Shown here: in pieces, positions 34,731-47,020 of the stretch
How the letters are laid out: every line of letters starts with the position of its first letter
How positions within the stretch are numbered: the first letter of the stretch is position 1
NCBI GenBank assembly: GCA_964035545.1
Contig: OZ037770.1
Coordinates: 12,142,642 to 12,206,641, forward strand
From: Bugula neritina
Lineage: Eukaryota; Animalia; Bryozoa
Length of the DNA stretch: 64,000 nucleotides
Direction of reading: 5' to 3'
Position numbers and translations under genes: made by a program
Notes under the pieces: model-generated
Database searches by the model: none
Told to the model about the DNA's origin: nothing
The model's input: the letters and a program-made list of their open reading frames with translations, nothing else

Positions 34731-34889
<159 letters not shown>

Positions 34890-35666
34890 CAAGCATTGCC
34901 AAATAGCAATATGGCTACACCTTAAGATAGTTATCAGAGCGGAACAACTCGCAGATAGATATAAAGTAGCAAGGTCACTTATACAAGCCACTACACGTTC
35001 TGAGAAGCCGGCCTTGGTGCTGTCATAGCTCTGGATAATTTCTAAGTAATTTTTGCCAGGTTTTATTTAAATTTCACAGTTTTAGACTCATTGAGGTTAA
35101 AGGTTAGTAATAATAAATTTCCATATGGCTAATAAGCATTATGGAAAATCTTGCCTATAGAAAAAAATTTATTTCTATTCATGGCATAAAAAAGAAACTT
35201 AAAGCTCACTTTGTTTAATGTTCTGAAGTTATAGCTTGTGATCAAGCAATTTTTTAAATCTTTATAAAAATACAGTGATACAAGTTTAATTGTTTTTAGG
35301 ACGGGAGTCTATCAATCTAATCGTTTTTATGCATATGATAACCAACGTGCTCAACCTTATTTGATTTTGCAAAGTTATAAATTATAATCAAAATAGTAAT
35401 GTATATTTGTGAATGTAAAAAATGTTTTTCAAATCTCTTTTTAAACTCAACTTTCATTCTAAAAATTGAGAAGTATTTTTAATTAAGAAAATGCATGAGC
35501 CAATAAATTATAATTTTTAAAAGCATGTTTTACATGATGATGGTAGAAATATTGTGTGATGCTTTAAAGTGAGTGCAATGATGGTAGGTGAGAAAAAGCA
35601 TAGCAAAACAAGTTTTAATTTCATCAAACTTTCAACATGCATTTCAAAACAAATATAGGAACTAAT

Positions 35667-35728
35667 TATATGAGAGCAGTTGAAATTTCTCCGGCGAGAG
35701 CCGGAGAAATTTTAGCTGCTCATATATA
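35667..35728 (+). other. Hairpin with ~27-bp stem and GAGA loop upstream of copy 1
   Basis: tatatgagagcagttgaaatttctccggc-GAGA-gccggagaaattttagctgctcatata. Confidence 0.7.
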
Positions 35729-35961
35729 CTGAGCATACACAGATATGTCATTGTCACTTTGATCTATCATAACACTTAAATAGTTGGCCAAATAAACATT
35801 GTTTTCTTGGTGTCACCTACTTGAAGATTTGTGAGTTTAATCAACTTCTTCGGAAAGAGTTGGTTGTTTAAGGAAATAATTTATTTATTATTTAATAATA
35901 AGTAATAACATCAATATATGATAAACCTAATTATACTCCAGAAATTATTTCTGTTACAGCT

Positions 35962-37323
35962 ATGGCTATACGAGGAATAAAGCTAAAGTTTTTCAAGCAC
36001 TGTATCTACCTGGTGATATACTCCCTGTTTCGTTGCTGCCAGTTGATCTCCTGGTGGCTAACAGGAATTCAGAGTCACCTGAAGAGCTGCCGGAATGGAA
36101 AGAATTATGAGTCGTCTGCGCAGCTACTTAAAGTTTGGTTTCACTCATCTGGAAGAATAATCAATTTCAGTCTACGACATCATTTCCTGTCTACTCATGT
36201 AAACTTTGTTCATCCAACTTATGCTCTACAGAAACACATCACATTAATGACAGTAACTGACAAAGAAGCTATCTTTAGTATTCAAGGCGAATGTGATGAT
36301 GTTTTAAATGTTAGAAAATGGCCATTTTTGAATGTAGGACATCCAACAACAGCTAAACATCTTCTCATCATGCCCATAAGTTCCATGATCAAACTTGGTG
36401 AAGAGTTGGGAGACCCAAAAGCTAAAGTGATTTGGATTTATCACACTGCAAGATGTGGATCCACAGCTATGTCTCAGGTCTTCAATTCTCTACCAGATGT
36501 TGTATCAATATCTGAACCAAACTGTCTGTTTTCCCTGGACATGGCCTTTAAAGAAAAGTACTTTGAAAAAAAGAAAGGTTCATGGATTACTTCTGATGAA
36601 TATCAGCAAATCTATAAAAATGCTGTTAGATTGTTGGTAAAGCCCTACAAAAGAGATGCTAATGTTTTTGCTGTGAGGTCCCATGGATATGCATCAAAAG
36701 CAGATCTTCATTTGATACCAAAACTGTTTCCACAGTTTATTGGAATATTCATGTACCGAAATGTGAAAGAGGCAGCCATCTCTTTAACCAGGGTGTCACA
36801 GGGCATTTACCTGCATGGAGATTGTGCTTTAGCTGTCATTAAAACCCCCATTCTTTCACTTCTTTTTTCAAATCTACGCCCGTCAAATCTGCTATACTGT
36901 AGCTGTAGTGAACCAAAACATTTGGAGTGGCTGTTTAAACGAGAGAACATCGTAAAAAGCTGTAACTTTATTAACTCTGTGATACAATTTGCTGGAGCAT
37001 GTTTCCATTACAAAGATGTGGTGGCTAAAGGTTTACCAGTTGTGGCAGTTAAATACGAACATCTACAAGAAGACAAAATGAGGTTATTTAAAATCTTATT
37101 TGAACATGTAGGATTAGAGATGACATCAGAGAGAGAAAGATTAATCCATCAAGCCTTGAGTGAAGACAGTCAGAAGGGAACCGATGCTGATAAAAAGGTC
37201 ATGGCAAGCGTTAAGGCTGACGTAGCACAAGAGATGATAGATGAAGCTAACTACTTTCTAAGATACTACCGTCTACCAAACTGGGGGGAAGATATACTTC
37301 TACCTAAAACACTAGGATACTAA
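35962..37323 (+). CDS. Sulfotransferase-fold protein, copy 1 (453 aa, intronless CDS)
   Basis: 5'-PSB-like loop WIYHTARCGSTAMSQVF, RSH (KTH-like catalytic His motif), 3'-PB-like FMYRN...IS, VKYEHL, C-terminal DSQKGT. Hydrophobic N-terminal segment. Splice acceptor cag 2 nt upstream of the ATG. Confidence 0.9.
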   Translation: MAIRGIKLKFFKHCIYLVIYSLFRCCQLISWWLTGIQSHLKSCRNGKNYESSAQLLKVWFHSSGRIINFSLRHHFLSTHVNFVHPTYALQKHITLMTVTDKEAIFSIQGECDDVLNVRKWPFLNVGHPTTAKHLLIMPISSMIKLGEELGDPKAKVIWIYHTARCGSTAMSQVFNSLPDVVSISEPNCLFSLDMAFKEKYFEKKKGSWITSDEYQQIYKNAVRLLVKPYKRDANVFAVRSHGYASKADLHLIPKLFPQFIGIFMYRNVKEAAISLTRVSQGIYLHGDCALAVIKTPILSLLFSNLRPSNLLYCSCSEPKHLEWLFKRENIVKSCNFINSVIQFAGACFHYKDVVAKGLPVVAVKYEHLQEDKMRLFKILFEHVGLEMTSERERLIHQALSEDSQKGTDADKKVMASVKADVAQEMIDEANYFLRYYRLPNWGEDILLPKTLGY

Positions 37324-37510
37324 TCTGTAGGGGAATTGTACCAGAATTTAGGACAACAAAATCGTATGGAAATAAAATTTAATTCTGTGAAATAGAAGTA
37401 AATTGTTACAAATTATTATATCGAGAAACTAATATTAATATACTAGCTTGGATACTGATTTGTAAAAGACTAAATCAAACATAAAAAATAACCTAACATA
37501 TTGTGACAAT

Positions 37511-38018
37511 CACTGCGTTTCCATCATTACATTATGCAATGGATTTTTCATTTGGTGTTTGGAAATGAGTTGGAATGAAGTCACAACCATATATAGGTTC
37601 ATTGAAACCGCAACCACAAGTTAATCTGTAAGCCTAGGGCCACACTGTGCGTATTTTCGCATGCGAAAATTGAAATCACAAGTAGCAAAGGTGTCCACTG
37701 TGCGCGTTGTGAAAACATTCGCACTTGTCGCTCTGCATTTTCAACGCAAGTGCGAATCGTCTCTGTCATCGTCACCTAATTGGCTGGTAGTTATTCAGCG
37801 AGCCCAATTTCTTTATTTAGTGTTATATTCCAGTAAATTGCGTTTTATTGAAAGCGCGTACGATTTAAAAATGAAAGCTTTATTTATCACGCATCACTGA
37901 CGCTACAGTGGACACCTTTGCTACTTGTGATTTTAATTTTCGCATGCGAAAATGCGCACAGTGTGGCCCTAGGCTAAGAGAATCTAATTGCATAATGCAC
38001 GGTAGTGGATATGCAGTG
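37511..38018. mobile_element. CACTG-ended MITE (CMC/EnSpm-like), interrupted by the Harbinger MITE
   Basis: Ends CACTGCGTTTCCA / TGGATATGCAGTG with 3-bp TSD AAT. Confidence 0.65.
37632..37974. mobile_element. PIF/Harbinger (Tourist-like) MITE, copy B, nested in a CACTG-ended MITE
   Basis: Near-identical to 34239-34582, same orientation, TAA TSD. Confidence 0.88.
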
Positions 38019-38393
38019 AATGGGGTACTTTCTTTGATTGTTTTAGTTAGATAGTTACTGATATGCTAATACTAATGTAGAACCTATAAACAAACATACA
38101 GCTTATTGTATTTAGTTTTTGGAGAACATATAACTGTAATAACATACTTATTATATTATGTGGTTTATTTTCTAGAATTCATATACTTTTTCATATAAAA
38201 TAACTGTAACGTGTTAACAATATATTATACTACAATTTAATAGTTTGCACATGAAGTATTAACTGAAATAACATCAACTATCACTATAGCAGTTCTATAC
38301 CTTCTCGTCTTATCTTCTTTAACTTGGGCTTTACATTTCAACACTCTAAAGTTACACACACACCCACACATTATATAAGTAAATGAATAAACA

Positions 38394-38398
<5 letters not shown>

Positions 38399-38474
<76 letters not shown>
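38399..38474. repeat. (TA)n microsatellite
   Basis: Pure TA run. Confidence 0.95.
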
Positions 38475-38477
<3 letters not shown>

Positions 38478-39379
38478 TATCAAAATAACCTGACCAAGCT
38501 ATACAAGTTTATAGCCAAGTTTTATAAATCATTCAAGCAGTAGAAACTTATTATAGCAGCTGAATCCACTTCATTTTTGTTTAAGCACTTATTAAATAAC
38601 ATCAAAAAGTCACACTTCATAAAATTTAAAAAATGATAGAAGCCAAGCATTTTAAAACATAAAAAACTTTACTACTATTGCACAATAATATAAAATTGAA
38701 TTTTACCGAAGGGTACATATGTTCAGCCTTATACATGTTTAGAACCAAGATTATTTATTAACCACTGAATATATTTTAAGCATTGTTCACATTTGGCTAT
38801 CCTTACCTAAAGTAAAGGCTGACCTTTACAATTACTTTGTGCACTGACTGTATAGATGTAGTTGACCAACTTTTGAAACATTCCTAAACAGTATGCATCA
38901 AAGCAATCGGGTATGCATTACAGTGTCATCATGATGAATAGAACCTAATCTCATGTTTCAATCTTGTAACCGGGGTATCCGGGTGCCTATTTTATTAATA
39001 GCATGCAAATGTGTTATATGAAAGAATCAGTGCAAACCAGAAGAATATTAATTTGCATTGTCTTAGAGTAATGCAAAACTAGCATCCGGCATTACAGCTT
39101 TTCTCGAAGGGGTTCAAGTCAAACATATTAAATTAAACTAATATAAGTGATAGTTGGAAACTTTTAGCTTAGTAGGGTTCCAATAAATTATAATCAAATA
39201 GGCAGAAAATTTGCCAAGTTGATTAGATGCAAAATATCTGTGTAAAGGCTGTTTAAAAAGTTCTAGCAGTTAACTAGCTCTCTACCTTATATAATAATGT
39301 ACTCAGCAAATCTTAGCAAACCCTGTTGAAGCCCCTGTAAGCTTCAACAAAATTAATTTGAAACAAGTTATTATAAGTT

Positions 39380-39560
39380 ATGGAGCAGGCGTTAGAGCAC
39401 CTGCTCAGGGAGCAAAAAATCAGTAGTTTGAATCCAAGATAGAGGATAGAGGCTATTTGCGATGTCATTATAGGAAGAGATTCAGTCATATATTGCTCTC
39501 TTTTGCCACGTTAGAAACAGTTTAAAAACCTTTTTTCAAAGGGTGGAATATGTAAAATCC
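39380..39560 (+). mobile_element. Degraded tRNA-derived SINE copy
   Basis: ggagcag...ttagagcac...gtttgaatcc...aggaagagattcagtcata. Confidence 0.55.
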
Positions 39561-40946
39561 ACAACAAAAGTGTACATATTAATTTATAAGTTAAGTGCTA
39601 TGCATGTTGTAAACTATGAAGATTTAATAAATATAATAATATACTATTATAGTAGCATTGAAAAGTGGCGGGTCTGCCATAACGCTATATATAATAGCTA
39701 GTTGTTACAATGCTATATATAGCTATATATAGCTACATTGAGCTTTGTGCTTCAAATATGACACTCTGCAACAAGTGGTTATGAATTCAGCATGTTATGT
39801 AACACAACTTTTATTAGAAAAGTAGAGATCAAAGCTTAAACAATCACTTGTAGTCTTCAGACTCTTTTGTCCCAGGAGCAAGTTTTAGAAATTTTGATGG
39901 AAGTGCAGCTTTCTATAGCTATAATACAAAACATTTACGTAGCAAAAAATGACTTGTATATAAAAATTTGTCAAATTGTAAAAGCACTTAAATGTTGGTT
40001 TTCTTTCGTAAATACATGAAAGTTGGCTGGGTTTTGCGACCCTCCTAAAGATGGCTGGGTATATATATTGTAGCTGCTCTAAGGATACCAGGCTATTGTG
40101 ATTAAAGCTGGCGGGCTTTTTGTAACCACAACTAGGCAAGCATGGGTTTTACAATCATGAAATTATAGCTTTATATATTGTGCAATTAAATTTGCATATT
40201 GCATGTTAAATCCGTTTGCAGCATGTTGTGAATTTAAATCTCAGGTTCCACACTATTGAGTAACGGGCTCTAAGTCTATAAAATGTGACAAAGCGTGGGA
40301 TGAATACGGGTTATTCATTAATACTGTTATTTATGGGTCTGATTAGCTACATAAATTATCTGTCCACTAGTTTACTATATGCATGCCTTGTTATATAAAC
40401 TCGGTGTTATAAAACCTGCTAAATTCAGCCTATCACAATAAAGGTCTTAATATGTGACACCAGCATACCAGCAATCATATCTACAATCATCATTCTATTA
40501 TTATTTATTGTATACCAGTGTTTTGTCTTGAATTTCTGAATGAATGGGCCATATCATATTACAGTGTATAAAAAAATGTTTGAATGCTAGTGTTTTATAT
40601 GTGGGGGTTGAAATAAATTGCAAACAAAATACAAATTTATATAACCCAAATTTTCATGAAGGTATTTGAATTCTCACTCAGTTGAATAACTAGAAATGGA
40701 AATCTTTAGATACAATTTTGTAACGGCCACGGGATATTGTTGGAAGAGTCAGTAAAATCCAAGTTCTATACTTCAAAATAATTATGTTAATTCAACTAAT
40801 TATAATATATATTATATACTGCGCAGTGTTGATAGAAATAGTAATAAAATTATAGTATTTTAGGAAAGCCAAATCATACTAGTGTAAAGCAATCTATAAT
40901 GGACTAATAGCTTTTATAACTTTTCATTATAAGATATTTTTGTAGT

Positions 40947-41075
40947 AAGAGCAGCTGCGTGGTCTAGGATTTAGAGCACCGGTTTAGTAAATCTGAGGTC
41001 ATGGGTTGGACCTGGTAAAGACCATTGGTGATGTTAGAAAAAGCATTTAATCCCGTGCCACATGTATATGAATAA
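40947..41075 (+). mobile_element. tRNA-derived SINE copy (3' truncated)
   Basis: agagcagctgcgtggtctaggatttagagcac...ccattggtgatgttagaaaaagcat. Confidence 0.65.
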
Positions 41076-41207
41076 TTCTCCTTCGCATGCTTTAATGCAC
41101 ATTTCCAAGAGTTTGATGATCCCTTTGAAATTTAATGCATAAATAATTATGTGTGCAATGAGCCAAAACCGCAGTGGGTTCCACTTCAGTGGGTGCTTGC
41201 ATATGTT

Positions 41208-41385
41208 GACCTGTGAGGAACCCCTGGTGGAAGGGGTTTTTGTTAAAGCGGGCTAAGGACTTATTCATATGTGGTACAGGAGAAATTATGATTGTATGCT
41301 CTTCCTAACATCACTAATGGCCTTTGTCAGAGCTCGAACCCATGACTTCGTGCTTACTAGACAAATGTTCTTATAGCCCCTAGAG
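41208..41385 (-). mobile_element. tRNA-derived SINE copy
   Basis: Same family, tail-to-tail with the 40947 copy. Confidence 0.75.
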
Positions 41386-41566
41386 TCTAGAGTCTAGACT
41401 CTAGACAAGTGACTGAGGGGCTGACCATAATAAAAACCCCTTGGAAACATAAAGAGGAAAACAGTCTACAGTAGAAGTATTTTAGGGAAAAGTTTGAAGA
41501 ATACAAAAACCAGACAAACCCCAGACAAAAACTATAGTTGTCTATATGTTGAATCACCCATTTAGG

Positions 41567-41669
41567 TGCAGTAGTGGAGAAATTCTAAAAGCCTAAGTTC
41601 TTTAATTTTGGTTTGCATGGGTCATGGATTGAAATTCTCATAACTTTTGCTACATTTCTCCATTACTGC
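41567..41669. mobile_element. Short MITE-like element
   Basis: TGCAGTAGTGGAGAAAT ... ATTTCTCCATTACTGCA inverted termini. Confidence 0.45.
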
Positions 41670-43123
41670 ATCTACTTCATCAAACTGCCTTGAAGTTTTA
41701 GACTAAGAATTTATATAGTAAGGCCTAACGCAGTTGATATTTTATTTAGATAATATACAAACTATATCATATATAATGCAAAACATACAATTATCAACCA
41801 TACATGCATGGAATGTAGTAGTCACAAATTTGCAAATGGTATAAAACGCACATCAATTTTAAAGACACCTTTCATAAACTTCTGTTGTTTAGTGAAATGT
41901 ACTGTGCAGTTTTGACAAAATATTGACAAAAGAATACGTTTGAGATTTTTTATATTAAAATAATAATATTTTATATTTTCCTGGCATTTTCATAACTGAA
42001 ACTTTTTAGATACTAATTTTCTAAAAAAAACATTTTTCGTTTTAGCTGATAAAAATCACAATTGTTAATGCAGTAGTTTATGAAGCTGAACGTATTCTGA
42101 GCTCCTGCCTAAAGGTATTATTAGATAGACCAGACTGACTAGACTAGCTGTAGTTGGGTGGTAATTTGATTTTACTTTATGTATAATAGTTATTAGATGT
42201 TCAGATAAGACTCAAACTGGGATTCATGCAGCGATTTGCCACGCATTATTATATTTCACAGGAGTTCAACGCCCACTGAAAGCTATAAAATAATAACTCG
42301 GTCTTTTGACATAATTATAACCGGATAGACACTGCGATTAGCTTAATATTGAGTCCTGGAAGATTAGAACAAAGATTACTAAAAGAAGTACCAATTTAGA
42401 GTTGAATGAGTGCATTAATTTGGGGTCAAAGGATTGGACACCGACGACGTGTATACTAATACTGTACTCAGTCACTCCAATGGAGTGCTGCTTCTAACAA
42501 TAATATTCTGACGGACCAATAGAAAATAATTTATGTAATAATGGACACCATAAATAACGGTGTTAGTGCCGCATTTGTCACATTATATAGACTTAGAGTC
42601 TCGCATTCGTAGTTGAAGAACTTCGTACGATAATTCGGTCACAAAATACTCCGAAGGCCACTACACAATATGCAAATTAGTTGCAAAATAAATAATATAT
42701 TGCGATTTTAAAACCCAATTGCTGAATTGTGGTTACAAAAGCCGGTCAACCATAATATACAGTTTGTTGATCAGACTGTTAAGGTTTTTCTATCAACTTT
42801 TTAAGACCCTTTGCACTCGGTGACCCAAAGCTCTTTCCAGCCCATACAGTGGTATAAAGCATAATAAGGGCTTTCACAGGCTGTAAAAACTTTTAGTATT
42901 ACTTAAATATTTTAGTTATAGTTGATATATTACGTATTCAATTATAATAACTGTTGACTTTTTATGAGACCTACCAACTTTAAACTATATGAATTTGAAT
43001 TAGGAGAAGATCTTCGGAGTATAATGTTGAAACCAGTTACCAGGAGAAAAACAAGAACGTAATATACTAAGCTATACTGGGAATAATAGAATTGGTTATA
43101 TGGTATCATTCCAGATAGATGAC

Positions 43124-43178
43124 TTCCAGTTAGACGACCAAATTCTAGTTAGACGACTAAATTCTAGTTAGACGACCC
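43124..43178. repeat. 19-bp x3 tandem repeat
   Basis: Units ttctagttagacgacYaaa. Confidence 0.8.
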
Positions 43179-44157
43179 CAAATACACTGTTACATGGCTC
43201 CACTCAGACACCTGTGCAGATGGATTTACATATCTTGCCTTGATCATCACAAGCTGTATTGACTTAATTCAATTAATTATGTAATTTATCAATCTGTGCC
43301 AGCTGTGATGGATACATTTAATGTGATAATTGATTTTATGTAATACCTATATATGAACAATGTAATTGGTTTTCTTTTTCATGTGAACATGGCTTCAAAA
43401 CTCTACAATAAATAAATAATGGCTTAGAAGTTTACAATCTTAGGCTCTATATTAAACATAAAGCCAAATAAATCTGCAACTTAGTATCAAATACCGTTAT
43501 TTTTTAAAAGTCCCTATAATGCTTTTTAAATAAAGTCATCTAAATAAAAGTTGCCTATCTGGACTGAAACCGTTCATATAGTTTTCGTGTTATGCTATAA
43601 CTTATAATATTATATAGTTATTACATAATGGTCTATAAGTGTTATGTGAGACAAATAGATAGCTTCTTTAAGGAAAAGTATAGTGTGATATGAAATTGAA
43701 ATAAAGTTGCAAGTTTTTCAAAAGATAGTGTTTGTTTAGTAATGATATTATTATAATCATGCAGAGAAAAGAAAATATCTCATTAACATGATGTTGTCAT
43801 AAAAATGAATACCTAAGCAATTTTTTCTCAAATCATTTGTGGTATTTGATAATAATACTTTATATAAACCTTTTGCAAGATATTTTACTCTACTTATAGG
43901 ATTTAAGCCACAGGCCTGTTGTCTTGCAAACTGATGCACTATAAACCATCACACCACATATACTGATAGTCTTTTCCGCCTTTCTTTGATCATTTCTATT
44001 AATCAGTCAGTTATAATATTCGACGTGCAAAGAAACCAACACATTTGCCTCTAACATTAAGTCGTCTACAGAATATTATATCATGAGCAAAAAGCTATAA
44101 ATGCTCTTGACTATCATATGGCATATTTACTATAGAAAACATACATTTGATATTGTA

Positions 44158-44375
44158 AGGAGCAGCTGTGGTCTAGGGGTTAGAGCATTTGCTTAGTGAA
44201 CACGGACGTCATGGGTTCAAACCCGAGTAAAGCCCATTTATGATATTGGAAAGAGCATCCAGTCATAATTGCTATTGTGCCTCCTTTAAATAAGTCCTTA
44301 GCCCGCTTTAGCAAAAACTCTTTCCACCAGGGGTTTCTCACAGGGATGGTGACTATAAATTTGTGTGAGTTGTTC
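44158..44375 (+). mobile_element. tRNA-derived SINE (one of the most complete copies)
   Basis: A-box TGGTCTAGGGG, B-box GGTTCAAACC, and a body with GGAAAGAGCATCCAGTCATAATT...AATAAGTCCTTAGCCCGCTTT...CCACCAGGGG. At least 8 copies in the window. Confidence 0.8.
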
Positions 44376-47020
44376 ATGCATTTAATATTGTAGTCATGAA
44401 TACCACTTTATGTCAACTGTTTAATCAAGCTCATGAGCTAACAATTGAAATAAAATATTCTCAGCATTTATTGTTAGAACGTAAGCAAATTGTTGAATAA
44501 TTTTCACTGAGCTCTTTATCTGTTCATCAGAGAAAACTTCTCCCTACAGGTAGGCTTGTCAAAACCTCTATTAAGCTCAGGTCATAGCACCTAAATTTTT
44601 CAGGTACAGTTTTTTTGAGAATAAATAGTGAACTCTAAATTACACACATGATTACTTATATTCAAAGTGATTTAATTGTTTAAAATGAATGGCTGCATTG
44701 ATGAAATGAGTTTATTGATGTAAAATTAAAATTACAGAATTTTAAACCTTTGAAGCAAAATTGAAAGTGTAGTCTATGAATTCTATACCACATTATAAAC
44801 TTTATAACCAGGTATAGGGTAAAACAATATTTAGCTGTCATATTTTATGGTTATTCAGTATTTTAATTTATTTATAGTCATTTTGGATTCATCAGCCTTT
44901 AGCTGGAGTTGCTTTCCCCACGCCATTATTTATTTCACTTTACAGTAGAACAAATACCAGTTCTCTAAATGTGTTTTACATATAATTGAAGTCTGTAGTC
45001 TATTAATGACAAATTTTCACACATGCAATGTTTGTTTTGTCAACTAATTTTATAAGTTGTGTAAATATTATTTAATTATTGAAACTCTTCATTTTAGTCC
45101 TTATAAGAAATAACTTGCATTGCAAAAGTTCGATAAAGCTTTGTCTAGAAATAAAATTTGAAAATTCTTTAGGAAAGTTGGCGCAAATATATATATAATA
45201 TTTGTCACTATGAGTTCATATAGGGTAGGTGACATAGGAGCACCTGTAAACGCAGACAAAGAGCAGGCAACTGCTAATTCACATTTTATGTGAGCATTCA
45301 TAATGCTTTAGTAATTTAGTGAAAAAGGACACAGAAGCTGTCTTGTTATCTGTTGTTACTTTTCCCCTGATGCCAGAGTCATGGCATTAAGATATATGGT
45401 TAAATATGGTTTTATGCACACTTATGAAGTTCAATAAAATATATCTACATATAGATCTGCGTAACAAACTATACTAAAACATTACTTTGCTGCTTCTATA
45501 TTAAAATGCAAATAACATTAAAGCATCTTTGTCTACTTTGTCTACTAAAATTAAAAATTGGCATTACGTTTTTCAGTTTTATTACATATATATGTATGTA
45601 TAAATTGATGATAAAATTTTCTTGTATTTATATACTTCTATTATGTAGTTTAACTTTTGTTAATTTATTATTGTGACTTCCAATTTGTGGGTGTGTGTTC
45701 ACGCACCTACACCTATATTATGCTAAGCACTGTCTTCCAATGACTTCAATACTATACCAGCTAGAAGACTTTAGCACACAAAGAGTATGGTCATATGTAG
45801 ATGGTACACTCATAGCAAGTAGCTGTAAATTAACAGATAATCTAAAAGTAACTGATCTGGCAAAATAAAAAACAGTTTTAGTGAATAACAGTTATATTAG
45901 TGACACATTTGCCGCAATAATTTAAAATCTGGTAATTAATCCTCCATAATCATCTCGTAATAGTCATATAAATTCTGGCTTCAAACTCTGATTAAAATGT
46001 TGGTTTACATTAAGGTTTAATCTTACTGAATACTTTAAATGCTTCTCTGTGAAACTGCAATGTATGCAAAGCTATAGTTTATATCATATCTATCAAACCA
46101 GCCTCATGTTTAAATAATATAATTTGCAGGTGTTTAGTTATTTTATAATAAAGTCACTATTCATGCTGCTATATAATGTAACATACACTCCACTTTTTAT
46201 ACTCATAGTAATGGTAAATTATTATATTTATTAGTGCCTTAGGTTTGCTGGGTACACGTTACTAGTTTGAACAGAGGAACTAAAATACCTGCAACAATTA
46301 GTACTTTGTGAAAAGCGCTTAATAATAGGATTGAGTAGATGGGGAATATATGGCAGTCCTAGAAAAGGTATACATTGATAGCAGAAATAATTTTGTTAAA
46401 TTAATTAAATCTGACAATTTGATATAAGCGTACTGTTTGGGAATGTCTCAAAAGCAAGTTATTCAAGTTGCAGGTCAACGACATCTACAATCAGTGCATA
46501 AAGTACTTAAAAAAACCAGCCTTTACTTTTGGTGTGAATAACCAAATGTGAACAATGCTTAAAATATATTCAGTGAATTAATAGACCACCTTAGTTCTGA
46601 ACATGTATAACTTTTAAAGCTGGACACATGCACCCTTCAATAGATTTTAACTCTAAATTATGCTAAAACAAAATAGCTGTTTATGTTAAACATTTGAAGG
46701 CTACTTTCTTTTTGACACAAACCATGATTTGACTACAAACAATGAAGACATGTCTGTGTAAAAAGTTGAAACTATGTCACAGAAAGTAAGACAAGAAAAG
46801 AATGAAATATGGCGTTGATATGATTGCAGTCAATACTAGCAAAAGTACAAACTATAATATAATATACCTTATACTAGTATAATGACTAATAATTACATAA
46901 AGTACATTGAAAGTGATGTGCATACTAAAAGAATGAATTAGTGTAATCTGGATACATATTGGTTTAGCAACAGTGTATTATTCAACATTATCTCTAATGA
47001 TACAATAAACTCTCTACAGA

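Noticed and set aside
37661-37900. 79-aa ORF
   Set aside because: Lies wholly within a non-autonomous MITE and has no transposase motifs.
43124-43178. Short direct repeats as a CRISPR-like array (also 7233-7364 and 26592-26680)
   Set aside because: Head-to-tail repeats without unique spacers, in a eukaryotic context with no cas genes.
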